Positions 12,550 through 24,006 of a stretch of DNA of 64,000 nt are shown piece by piece (the first letter of the stretch is position 1; the number at the start of each line of letters is the position of its first letter). Origin of the DNA: Eledone cirrhosa (Eukaryota); NCBI GenBank assembly GCA_964016885.1, contig OZ024741.1, positions 360,282,001 through 360,346,000 on the forward strand. The letters are read 5' to 3'. Below the pieces are notes generated by a model that was not told the origin of the DNA, searched no databases, and worked only from the letters and a program-made list of their open reading frames with translations. A program made the position numbers and the translations under genes.

Positions 12550-13668
12550 ATATATATAAATATAAATATAATCCACAAACATGGCTTTGTTTAAGTTTGG
12601 TGTAAAAACTGAATATTACTGATTCCATCTATAGAACAATGGATTATCTACCAGTTGCTTGGGTAATCCTAACTGATTAGGAAGCTTGTCAACTCATATT
12701 ACATCTGAGAGACCCTATCATGAACATATTTTAATACACTTGTTTCTTAGCCAACATTCTAACAACAAAAAGTAAGGTTAAGGAAGGAGGCTGAATGAAA
12801 ATGGTTACTTAGCCGTAGATAAAACCTAAATATTCTGTTGTTAGAAGACAACAACTGGCTGACAGTAATTCTCGTTTCATACAGACACACTGCCTAAAGC
12901 ATTTTAATATAAATATACAAACAACAAAAACTAAGTTAATCCTTTCTAATTGTAGACTGCTGAGGTCTAAGAATCTATTCTATAGTACAGTTAAATATTG
13001 AAGGCTGTGTATTAATCAGGTCATGGTAGGTTAGTGTGGTTTCTAAGATGATGTGTTGTGGTTAGGATTATCTATTGATGTAAACTATCAGCTTTACTAA
13101 TAAAAGATCAATAAGAACTGGAGCAACAGTTTCAGTACTTCATCCAACTCACTGACATTGGATGTTAGTGATCACTATACATAATTGGCTAGACAGGTTC
13201 TGTTCATGATGCTGTGTGTGCACTGGATGGAGCAGGCTCAACTCATCCTTGGTGAACAGTGACACTTCATGACATCTGTAATCACCATGAATAGACAGCT
13301 TAGTGGCTTCTGTTCCCGATGCTGTGTAATTGGTTGGAGTAGGTTCAACTCATCCTAGGGTGAAAAGTGACATATGTACATCTCCAATCAATGTCTATTG
13401 TTCATTCTAACTTTCTATTGGCATGTTGTTTCACAGATTATAGTTCTCTCCATAAAAGCTGCATCAAACAATACATGCAGTCCTCCCTTTCCATCACCAT
13501 TTATATATAAACCTAACCATATTTTAAATGAAAGACACTACTTATCAAGTCTATTATTCATTTTACCTTTCTATTGGTATGTTTCACAGATTATTGTGTC
13601 TCCCTAAAACCTGCACCAAACACTATGCTGTCCTCCACCCACCCCATATCTGTATAGTGATCTATTAA

Positions 13669-13900
13669 CCTTTTCATTACCATATTTTAAATGAAAGATA
13701 CTGTCTATGATTTTCAATAATTTTGAAAATAATCAAGAATTTGGGGGGATTTAGTAATGTAACTAACATTCTCATTATCTTGTGTTTGAAACATAACACA
13801 GAATTATGATGGAAGGCTTTTAGATAAATACAAACACAAAGATAAACAGTTTTATATCATAGATTAAGGGACAATTTCAGGCAATTTGGTATAAAAAGTG
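13669..13900. mobile_element. piggyBac-type MITE family B (~230-280 bp), older and abundant
   Basis: TTAA|CCTTTTCATTACCATATT ... GGTATAAAAAGTG|TTAA. Related copies at ~430-545, 5895-6060, 25320-25540, 28565-28850, 30600-31020, 32862-33085, 43395-43825, 44380-44630, 49700-50130, 52000-52435, 53890-54090 and 61613-61860. Confidence 0.72.
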
Positions 13901-15954
13901 TTAAATTTTCAATTCAAACTGCTCTACATGAACAACACAAATCTTACCCAAATGTTGATCTAAGAGGATTTTTAGTCTTATAATAATCATTGCTGTTGTT
14001 GTTTAGCCCCACAATCCAGCAGGCTAATGATCAAAGGCAGAGTAGCCATGATTATCTCATCATATTTTCAGGCATAATGTGTCTAAGGTTACATTATCTA
14101 ATTCTAATATGATGAGAAACCAATACAAATAACAGGTGTTTGTTTTTACAACTTATACCTATGTAGATTTAGCTGACCTCCTACATGGCTGCATCCTACA
14201 GGTAGTTTTGGGGTGTATAAATGATAAAGGTCACAGTCCTATCATGAAAAGACTCCTTTACACAGGACACCTGTCTGGTGCAGGGGTTAACCCCATTTAC
14301 AGCTGGTAATAAGATACAGCATGCTAATTTAACCCTTTAGCATTTACATTACTCTATATTTACTATTATATTTTCAGGATAAAGGCTTTATCTTACATAA
14401 TTATCTCATATAATATTGAATCTGCGAGATTTTGATACAGTACAATACCGTAACATCAGTTACAGCCAGTTTGAACAGAAAGAGGCGAGAAAATTCTGGT
14501 TGGATATGGCCGGTTTAAATGTGTGCGTACTGGCTGTGTGGAAACTATCCAGTCGTCCATTTTGTCGGCTTGTCTGCAATAAGCTAACTTGTTCAGGTAC
14601 AAACAGAATAGTGAACAATATCAGATTTACATATAAGCTAAGTGGTCTGTAACCCATGCTCCATCCCATTCTAACACTTTGGAAACTAATATGGCCCAAA
14701 CCAGCTTTAGTTCTATGAAACAAAACCACACATTTTAAAGAATTTCTATTTAATCTAAAATTTTCCAATATTATAAGAATCATATGTTACGATACTAACT
14801 TAGTATACTTTTAGTAAATCCCTCAAAATATTTCATTAATTAATTGAAATAGAGTGTATTTCATTAGAAATACAGTCATGAAAAGGTTAAATATATATTA
14901 AAATATAGCTATGAAATACTTTTGTGAACATTTTGAATATTATGATTGTTTTAAAAACATTTTGTTTCACCTGTTTTAGATGTCAGTATAGATCAATTCT
15001 GGAACCCTAGTATCATTCCATGTGTAGGCCTACATTCATATACTTTTCATAAAATTTCTTGTGAACAAGTGATGGGGCACCAAATATTCTCAACCTCAAA
15101 ACTTCTAGTTGCTTTAATTCTTTCATTACTATATTTCTAATGAAATACACCAATTAATAAATTAATGAACATTTTTGAGGGATTTACTATAATTATTAAA
15201 CATTTCATTACTAAAATAGTAACATGACATATGGTTCTTATATAAAATTAAATTAGATTTTTAACTTAACTCTCTTAATGTCCTGTACCACATGAAACTG
15301 CATTAGCAAGTCATCCTTGAAAAGTATAAAGCAGACGTTGCCTTTCATTCTGACAGGGTCGATAAAATAAAGTACCAGTAATGCACTGATATAATTGCTA
15401 GCCTTGTGCCAATAGTAGAAACAATTATTACTGCATTATCTCAAAAATTGAAGTCATTCATCCAATATTGCAAATTATCACAAAGATCTGTCCACTAGTA
15501 AATATACTATAAACATTTGAATTAACAAACTAATTTTTAGATATTTTCTACTAAATCATTACAAAATGTTAATAGTTAACTGTAATTATTTTAAATGGCT
15601 GGTTATATTTCACAGAACCAGATCTGATTCTGGCCAGGCTGGTATAAAAAATTAAAAAAAGATCAATCCAGCTCTAACAGTGAAGGTAAAATGGATTTAA
15701 GACTGGCTTAGCTGGCATGATTTTTTTCTTGAGCTGAGGATAGATACATATTAGAAAAGACACCTGCTGCAACATTTTATTTGAAATACCCCTATCTCCC
15801 GGAGTCTAACACTTACCAACAAAGTATTCTTCTAAAATCCTTTTAAACATGAAGGGAACTATTACTTATCTAATGCTAAGCCACATACTTCTTAAGATAT
15901 AACTAAATAAATGCACCACACACATACATACACACCTTTATGCCCATTTTCTAT

Positions 15955-16052
15955 GGTGTGTGTGTGTGTGTTGGTTGGTGTGTTGGTTGGTGTGTTGGTT
16001 GGTGTGTTGGTTGGTGTGTTGGTTGGTGTGTTGGTGTGTGTGTGTGTGTGTG
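15955..16052. repeat. Compound microsatellite (GT)n-(GTGTTGGTTGGT)~5-(GT)n
   Basis: Directly visible 12-bp periodicity between (GT)n runs. Confidence 0.9.
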
Positions 16053-16959
16053 AACCTAATAAGAGTATTTTTTGCATCTATCTCTTGAAACACACACACA
16101 CACACACTTCTAAGAATACATCCTTTTTCAGGTGAGGAATGTTTAACTATTAGAACTTGTTATTTCCCAAACGCAAATACACACACGCAAGCATACAAAA
16201 TAACAACAAACAGAGATAGAGATGGAGAATTACACACAAATCAGAGACAAATAGAAAAAGAAGAAAACTGATCAGAGGGACTTGAAAGTAAAAAGAAGTT
16301 AGGGAAAAAAGAAAAACTTTCATTCCAAAAGGAAGTCATGCATAAAAAGAATCCAATGTGTCAACTCTATTCTTAGAGCAGCAACAACATTGGTGGTAGT
16401 AAGCATGTTGTATGTGTGTGTGTATGTATGTATGTAAGTGTGTAGTGTATGCATGTGTGTATGTTGAATGGTTGGCCGACATTGCTCACCAATCTTCTGG
16501 TAACAATAGTTACATACTGTAAACTGTAATATTAAAGTCTACATCACTGATTCTAAATTCTCTTTCAATGTTGCTACAATACAATACACTTTCTTTAAGA
16601 GTATATTCAACACCAGTTCTATTCTTAATCCTACATTTCTTTAAAAATAGTTTTATTATTTCTATGGTTCAAGGTCATGCTGGAGTAGTTTCAGCAATCG
16701 GTGTCATCTGATATATTTTTATTCAGCATTTTCTCTGACAGGTACAACTAGTGCACCTATAGAATCCTCAAGAGTACATTCAGAAATTCTGCTCAGATGA
16801 AGGGGCCCCACTATAGTGAAGAACCCCATATCTGAATATTAGATATTCCTTTTTTTTGTGGCACACCAACAACACAGCAACAACTAACATTTTCAGATCA
16901 AGATAAAGTATTTTTAACATTTAATATCCTATTTTAAGATCATTTTCCTTGCTAAAGCA

Positions 16960-17370
16960 GTAGTTGGCCTTGCAGGCCCTATGACAAGCTTTTCCATTTT
17001 CCCTATCTTCTGCATCCACTGCTTAACACCCTAACTTTCATTTCCTCCTCTATCATTTTTAACCATGTCTATCTGGGTCTTTCCTTTCCCCTACTTCCTT
17101 CCATGTTCATTTCCATCACCCAGTCGCCTTTATTTTTCCTCAACACATGACCCAGCCATGTCATTCCATTTCCCTTCACAACATTTATCAGTAACTCTAT
17201 TCACTCCATCCTCTGCAATTCATTACCTTTCCTTCTCTCTCTCAGCTATTCTCCACTCATCCACTGAATGTTCGCATTTCCTTTCTTTCAAGCTTTCTCT
17301 GCTGCTCCACATTCATCACCAATGTCTTGTTCCTAAAAACCATGACACTTAACATGCAGCATACATTTTA
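16960..17370 (-). mobile_element. Highly decayed LINE (RTE-like) C-terminal fragment
   Basis: Minus-strand WLGHVLRK...GSRGKGRPR-like remnants. Confidence 0.5.
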
Positions 17371-17924
17371 TGCTTCATAATGTTTTATTTTGTTTTGTTT
17401 TGTTTTCCACTAAATTAATTCTTGTTGATAGAAACAATTCCTCATCTCAAATTCTGATGATTATTTCTGTTGATCATCATCAAAACAGAATTTTACCATC
17501 TGCATCTATCATACCTGGTCTCATTTTGCTGAGAGATGGTTTCAGATTCAATCCCACTGCATGGCATCTACTATGACCTCAGATTAACCAATACCTTGTG
17601 ATGTACACATTTATCTAAGCTACATTAACATGATATAGGCAGAGTAATGGGTTGTGATGATGGATCTTCCACTAGTTTCAATGATGAACATTCAGTTGTT
17701 CAATCAATTGGTTGTACAGTTCAAGAATTAACATGTAAGAGGTTGAGTATTCTACAGACACTTAAAGGTAAAATCCAAGCTAAATCAGCATGACATTATG
17801 TGACAGAGACAGGCCTTTGAATTACAGGTACAATCCATCTAACAAGCTTCCACATAGTTTCTGTCTACCCAATTTCACTCATAAACTCAAGATTATGGTA
17901 AAAGCACTGGTCCAAAATATCACA

Positions 17925-18150
17925 TATGTAGATGCTTAACTACCTATCCCACACTAACATTATAGAGACACTTAACATGTAGATGCTTATCTATCTATCG
18001 AACACTAACATAATATAGACAATATAAATGCTCATCTGTCCCACACTAACATGGTATAGACAATTAAATCTATCCCACACTAATATTATACAGGCATTAT
18101 TAGCATGTAAATGCTTATCTGTCTCGCATTAACATGGCATAGACACAATA
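17925..18150. repeat. ~40-50-bp degenerate minisatellite (~5 units)
   Basis: Recurrent agatgcttatct(a/g)tcccacactaacat..tatagaca. Confidence 0.7.
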
Positions 18151-19020
18151 ATATGTTGTACACACTTACACAACTAATATGGAATACAAACAATTTTGTT
18201 AAAATGATTATGAAACTCTTGAGTTAAATCAAGCTAGAGGCAAAATAGAAAAACAAAATAAGTGTAAAAAGATTTGGAAAACTATCATCAAAATGAATAA
18301 AAGGTGAGTAATCTAAAGAAATTTTAAACATTCTTTAACAATAACTATATAACATACTTTTTTGTTTTTAGTCTGTCTGTTTTGTATTTTATTTTCCAAC
18401 TCAATAGGTAAGATTGTTGCTTGGAATTATATAATTAAGCAATCTAAATTTTTTATTTGTATATATAATGTATATACTTTAAATGTACAAACAGACTTGC
18501 TGCTGCTACAAAAATATATGTATGTTGATAGCAATCAAACCAGCATGTAAAGGTAAAAAAATACAAATGTACTACTGTTGAGTTATCCAGCAAATAAGAT
18601 ATTTCTACTTCAATAATAATAATAATGATGATGATGATGATGAGTCACCCTCCACTAATCATAAGAACTTAAAAAATATGACTACGAAAAATTGAAAAAA
18701 AACAAACAAACCCATAATAATAATCTAACAGTCTCTTCAATCTTACAGAACTGTTGTAAGTTCCTTGTTAAAATATACAGTGAAAGATTGATAGACATCA
18801 AGATTGGAATGATAAGATACTGCTGCATACGAGGAAATTGATGAAACTATCAAGAGCTGGGTAGGCATTAACAATGATACAAATACCTTTTCATAAGCAC
18901 AAAAGTCTGTCTCATGACACATTCTCTTTCTCTCTCACTATATATATATTATATATATATATATTATATATATATATATCATCGTTTAATGTCTATCTTC
19001 CACGCTAGCATATATATATA

Positions 19021-19662
19021 AAGTGACAATAAAAATTGCAGCTTTTTGTAAACTTTATTCCATATTACAATTGTTTCTATATCGATCAGCTCGGGTTTGA
19101 TCATGCAATCGGATCCCTACTCTTAATCGACACTTCTTCAGACAGGAGAGTTTACGTGGGTGGTCCCATCCAAACTGTTAACATACATCCAGTGTTCGTT
19201 TTATATACATGTTATTGGGTTATGGTGAGTTTGGGAGACAGGAGTGGGTAGATGAAGAATAGTGATTGATTTTCAATATCACAGAGGTGATGAATTGTAA
19301 AGAATTTATGTTTTGTCATTCACCAATCGATAGAACTGGTCATTCCATTTAATTAACCATGATGTAATAGTAAGAAAAGTACTCTACATTATGCAACTTA
19401 ACCATCGTTGATGTTGAGTCGCGTGGCTGGTGCAGGACTGGAGTTAAATATTTAGAGCAGAACTATCCCTTTAAATTGTTGATTTGGCAAAAACACTGTA
19501 TACATATATTTCAACAGCCTAGTTATGTAAGACCCTGACGACATCATTAGGTGAGGATTGTATACTTAGTTAATCAATAAAAGGAATTACAGCAAACACA
19601 GAGAGTAGAGAATATACTTGATTCAGAGATGGCCCGTGAATTTGGTGTTATTGTTGCAACAA
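19021..19662 (-). mobile_element. ORF-less hammerhead-bearing element (Penelope pLTR-like / retrozyme-like), bounded by (TA)n tracts
   Basis: A non-microsatellite block sandwiched between (TA)n runs. On the minus strand it has a TATA-like gtatataaaa (~19199-19208), then the hammerhead, then AATAAA (~19054-19059) before the TA run. No RT or GIY-YIG ORF seen. Confidence 0.5.
19059..19147 (-). ncRNA. Putative type I hammerhead ribozyme (minimal, palindromic stem III)
   Basis: The minus strand reads tcctgt-CTGAAGA-a-GTGTCGATT...GATCGATAT-a-GAAA-c-AATT-GTA^atatgga. It has the core CUGANGA/GAAA/NUH, a 9-bp stem II (with G-U pairs), stem III C-G closing a palindromic AATT loop, and an imperfect stem I (TCCTGT with ATA(T)GGA). 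Predicted cleavage between 19066 and 19065. Confidence 0.62.
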
Positions 19663-19969
19663 TATATATATATATATATATCATCATCGTTTTACGTCCG
19701 TTCTTCCACGCTAGCATGGGTTAGACGGGTTGTCCTGTTGTGGGCAGTGTCTGGTCGGCTGACCATGCCTTGCTCATACAGGAACTGATTTGGCTTGATT
19801 TCTACAGCTGGATGCCCTTCCTAACACCAACCTCATTTACAGTGAGTGCTGGGTGCTTTTTCGTGGCGCCTACACGTCCACTTTACAGTGTGGGCTGGGT
19901 GCTTTTTTGCCGTGGCACCTCCACGACCACCTTGCGGTGGGGGGTGTGGGGGCATATTGTCTATATGCT

Positions 19970-21867
19970 TCAGCTTGTACCCATGGGAGGTCGGGTACTC
20001 TGTATTACTGCGTGACGCCAGAAGTCACGGTCGTATGTCATCGCCTTTGAGAGATGTAATTGGGTAAGGTCGGCTTTTATCACCTCATCCCAGGTCATCT
20101 TGGGTCTCCCCACTCCGCGGTTCCCATCAACTTCTAGTGCTCTGCACCTTTTTATGCAGCTGTCATCCTTCATACGCATCATATGTCCATACCAGCGCAA
20201 CCGCCTCTCCTGCACACATCATTTGATTCCTCTTATGCTCAGTCTCTCTCTCAATTCATTTATGCTTTGTCGTTCACGTATATTACTGTTACACATCCAT
20301 CGGAGCATGCAGGCTTCGTTTCTCTCTAAACTACGTAAGTCTTCCACCTTCAGCGCCCAGGTCTCATTACCATGCAACATTGCTGTTCGGATACACGCAT
20401 CATACAGTCTGCCTTTCATTCTAAGGGAGAAGCCTTTTGCAGCTAGCAGTGGTAGTAGTTCCCTAAACTTCTTCCATCCCGTTCTTACCCTAGTTATTGT
20501 ACTTTCTGAACACTCACCTCCGCTGCTAATTCGGTCACCTAGGTAGCAGAAGCTGTCTACTGTTTCTACAGAGCCCTCCCAGAGATTGGTGGTACTTGTT
20601 TCCTGTGGCTGTTTGCTGCTTGCTGTCTCAGCACAGCTGCTGCATGTGAAGCCTACATTCTTAATTAAGCTTCCTGAGATCCCGCTACATCTCTTGTGTA
20701 CCCATTGTTTGCATTTGGGGAAGAGAATGGAGTTGCTACCTACACCTTTCCTACATACTGAGCAAGGCCATTTCCCTGAGGGGATTTGGGTTCTGTTTTC
20801 TCGTCTACTTACAAGGACCTTAGTCTTTGTCATATTGACTTTGAGACCCTTTCTTTCTAGTCCCTGCTTTCAAGTTTGGAATTTATTCTCTAGTTCTACC
20901 ATAGATTCAGCTATGAGTACGAGGTCATCAGCATACAGGAGTTCCCATGGGCATCCGGTCTTAAACTCCTCTGTTATTGCCTGCAGGACTATGATGAACA
21001 GGAGGGGCTAACAGAGCCCTGGTGGACCCCAACCTGTACGCTAAATTCCTTGCTATACTCATTGCTAATCCTAACTTTGCTGACTGCTCCCCTATACATG
21101 GCTTGTACCGCTTTCACAAGCCATTCATCTACTCCTAGTTTTCTAAGAGCCCACCAGATTACAGCACGTGGAACTCTGTCAAAGGCTTTCTCAAGGTCGA
21201 CAAATGCCAGGTAGAGTGGCTTACTTTTAGCTAGGTACTTTTCCTGTAACTGCCACACAAGGAAGAGGGCATCAGTGGTGCCTCTTCCTGGTACAAACCC
21301 AAATTGCATCTCGTCTAGTTTCACCCGGTCCCTAATCAACTGTGCTATAACTCTTTCTGTTACTTTCATGACCTGGTCCATCAGCTTTATACCTCTATAG
21401 TTTCCTCTATCTAGTGCATCACCTTTACCTTTGTAGCAGTTGACAATGATGCTACTGCACCAATCTTTTGGTATGACACCTTCTAGTATTACCTGGTTAA
21501 CAATACGTGTGGTTATAGTGTGACCTACAGACCCAGATGCCTTCAGCATCTCGGCAGCTATACCCGATGGACCGGTTGCCTTCCCCATCTTCATATCTTT
21601 GATTGCCTTACTTACTACGTTGCTGCTGACTTGTACTGCTGGCCCCTCTATAGGGTCTACTTGGGGTAGGGTCTCTTCTTCCCATGCATTCTCCTCATTT
21701 AGTAATCCATCATAATGACTCTTCCATGCATCTTTCTTCTCAGCACTTGTGAGGGCAAGCTCACCTTTATCATTCCGGATACACTTCTCTCCAATGACAT
21801 CACAACTATCTCTGACACACTGCCTCGCAATCTTGAATACCTCCTGTTTCTGGTCCTCACGTTGCAA
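19970..21867 (-). pseudogene. RTE ORF, reverse transcriptase, PHD-like finger and C-terminal segments (split)
   Basis: ORFs 20989..21867, 20219..20833 and 19970..20215 are colinear pieces of one RT ORF. Confidence 0.9.
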
Positions 21868-23017
21868 AACATGCTTGATTTTCTATCCTCTGCTTCCCTC
21901 CTAGCTTCCCTCTTGGTCTCTATGTAATGTACCCTGCTCCCCCCGTTTTTCCATTCTTTCCATGCCTGTCTCTTGGCCTTAACTGCTTCATCTACTTTAT
22001 TGTTCCACCACCAAGTCACTCTCCTCCTGCTTGAGGTCTTACTCCAGCCACAGACCTCATCCGTTGCCTCTAGTAAATTATTTTTTAGGAACTCCCAGTT
22101 CTCTTCTACATTAAATGTCTCTATCTGTTCTTCTTTACTGTCGTAGGCGTTGAGTAAAATATCTTTAAATCTGTTACTGGTTGAGGGGACTTTCAGCTTC
22201 CAGATCTTTCTTCTCCAGGTTGGCCTCTGTTTCCAGGTTCGTCTAGTTCTGACCGTGAGGTCGCTGACAACTAAGCTATGTTGGGATGTACATTCCTCAC
22301 TAGGGAAGGCTGTTGTGTTTACGACCGTCCATCTGTCACGTCCGCTGATGAGGATAAAATCTATCTGACTGGAGTGCTCCCCTGATCTATAGGTGATCAG
22401 GTGGTTGTCGGGTTTTTTAAAGTTTGTGTTACATATCGACATGTCATTAGCGTCGCAGAATTCTAGAAGTCTGAATCCTTCCTCATTTCTTGTGCCAACT
22501 CCATGGCCTCCATGTACTCTAATGAAGCCGTCGCAGTGTTTACCTACGTGTCCGTTAAAATCTCCTGCGATGATTAGGAAGTCATTGTCGTCTGTTAGAG
22601 CAGTAGTGTGCATTAGGGACTCATAAAACCTATCCTTAAGTTCGTCTGGCAGCCCCGATTGGGGTGCGTAAGCTGATATTATTGTGGTAATTGTTTTATT
22701 CAGGACTAGTCTGAGTTTAATGATTCTTGTATTTACCCTGTACACTGAGATTACTTTATCTACCCACTTGTCATCTAGTAGTATACCTACCCCACCCATC
22801 CCATCGTCATTTCCCACCCAGAAAAATTTGTAGCACCGACGTTTTCCTACCAGGACTCTGGCAGACTCTCCTCTCCATCTAGTCTCTTGCACACAGCATA
22901 CAACAATTTCCTTTCGCTCTAGCATTTCTACGATTTCTCCTGCTCTTCCTTTCATTGAGCCTACATTGATGGTACCAACTCGGAGTTTTGGGCATTTGTC
23001 GACACTCGTAGGGAAGA

Positions 23018-23020
<3 letters not shown>
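21699..23020 (-). pseudogene. RTE ORF, apurinic/apyrimidinic endonuclease segment
   Basis: ORF-track 21699..23120; the N-terminal ~33 aa is only read-through of flanking DNA and (TA)n. EEP-fold motifs are as listed above. Confidence 0.9.
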
Positions 23021-23067
<47 letters not shown>

Positions 23068-23885
23068 GGCCTCCAAGACTGGTAGGAGGGAGAGGAAAAT
23101 ATCCTCAGGACACATGTCACCAGGTCTGAGAATCAAATCTGCAACTTTATAATCATGAGTCTAACACCCTAACCACTAGGCCATGCATTCACTAAGGAAT
23201 TTATTCTGAGCCATTAAAAAGGATTAGAAATATTTAAAAGACAAAACAAACTTAAGTGATTCTTTATCTTCTTCCATCTGTCTAATGTAGACATAAGAAC
23301 CATTTATATCTAAACAGAGTGAGGTAGAAACAAAAATATAAATATTGGAATGAATAAGCAAGTCATTTTACATTGAACCTTTTCTTTTATATAAAAGTTT
23401 GCAGGTTTGATGTGAAGTGAGAATTAGAAACTAGACAAACATTTTAAGTTCTAGGTTTGAAAGGGTGCTAGAATACTTAAAATATAATCGTCATAATGAT
23501 GACGATGATAAATTCTCCTTATGATTCTTTTTTCTTTTTGTCTGGAAAGAAAGTGGTTGATTATCTGAAGAGATAAAGTTTTATCATAAGACAAAGCTTT
23601 AAGATGAAAATACGAGCAGCTCTGCTGAAATTTGGCAACACTAAGTAGGTGATTCTTTAGGAGTGAGACAAAAGATACAAGACACTAGATGAGATCACAT
23701 CAGGCTTTTTACTTTCAGTACTTGATAGAAAGGAAAAGGAAACAGATATAATAGTTACTTTTGAAAAAAAAAAAGATTATTTTTTAAGATAATCAGACTT
23801 TGTATGTAGCAGAGCTTATAGTTAAAATCACAGCAACTCATACATACCACAGAACTGATATGAGGGGATAGAAACAGTTACTCAC

Positions 23886-24006
23886 CTCTCCACTAACAAG
23901 ATGCTTGCCATCTCCAGAAAAAGCAACTGCAGTAATGGTTTTCTTGGAAGCATTGAAAATGTGAGTTTGCTTGTTGCGACGTGGATAAAAGATGGTGATA
24001 ACACAG
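23886..24006 (-). CDS. MAPKBP1: Next coding exon of the MAPKBP1/WDR62-family gene ([40 protein letters not shown])
   Basis: Acceptor ttctttcAG (24007-24008) and donor GTgag (23885-23881). It is 121 nt (1 nt + 40 codons) and completes the GG|C Gly codon from the 38403-38494 exon. The translation matches the family motif GCVVV.FNPR..KQ.HI.NSSRKTITALAFS.DGKYLVTGE. Confidence 0.93.

Larger units (their letters stand above)
19681..23020 (-). mobile_element. Near full-length RTE-clade LINE (APE endonuclease + reverse transcriptase), disabled
   Basis: APE motifs: GTINVGS, VQETRW, SAYAPQ, AGDFNGH, QIDFIL, SQHSLV. RT motifs: NYRGIKL, QFGFVPG, FVDLEKAFD, GVHQGSV, YADD (20924-20935), FCYLG, RLRWYGH. 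Two frameshifts (~21870-21890, ~21010) and an in-frame TGA at 20219-20221. The 3' UTR ends in (GAT)n at 19681. Confidence 0.95.

Noticed and set aside
19530-19585. Plus-strand CTGACGA followed by a short hairpin and AATAAA at the right end of the 19021-19662 element
   Set aside because: No GAAA core or convincing stems I/III; cannot be supported without a family consensus.
20100-22626. Plus-strand ORFs of 70-148 aa (also 6725-7417)
   Set aside because: Antisense shadows of the RTE coding sequence.
1-23885. Search for the next MAPKBP1/WDR62 exon (expected ..GH.PAVRVWD..)
   Set aside because: No matching spliceable segment recognised by eye. It is probably outside the window, though a missed short exon cannot be excluded.
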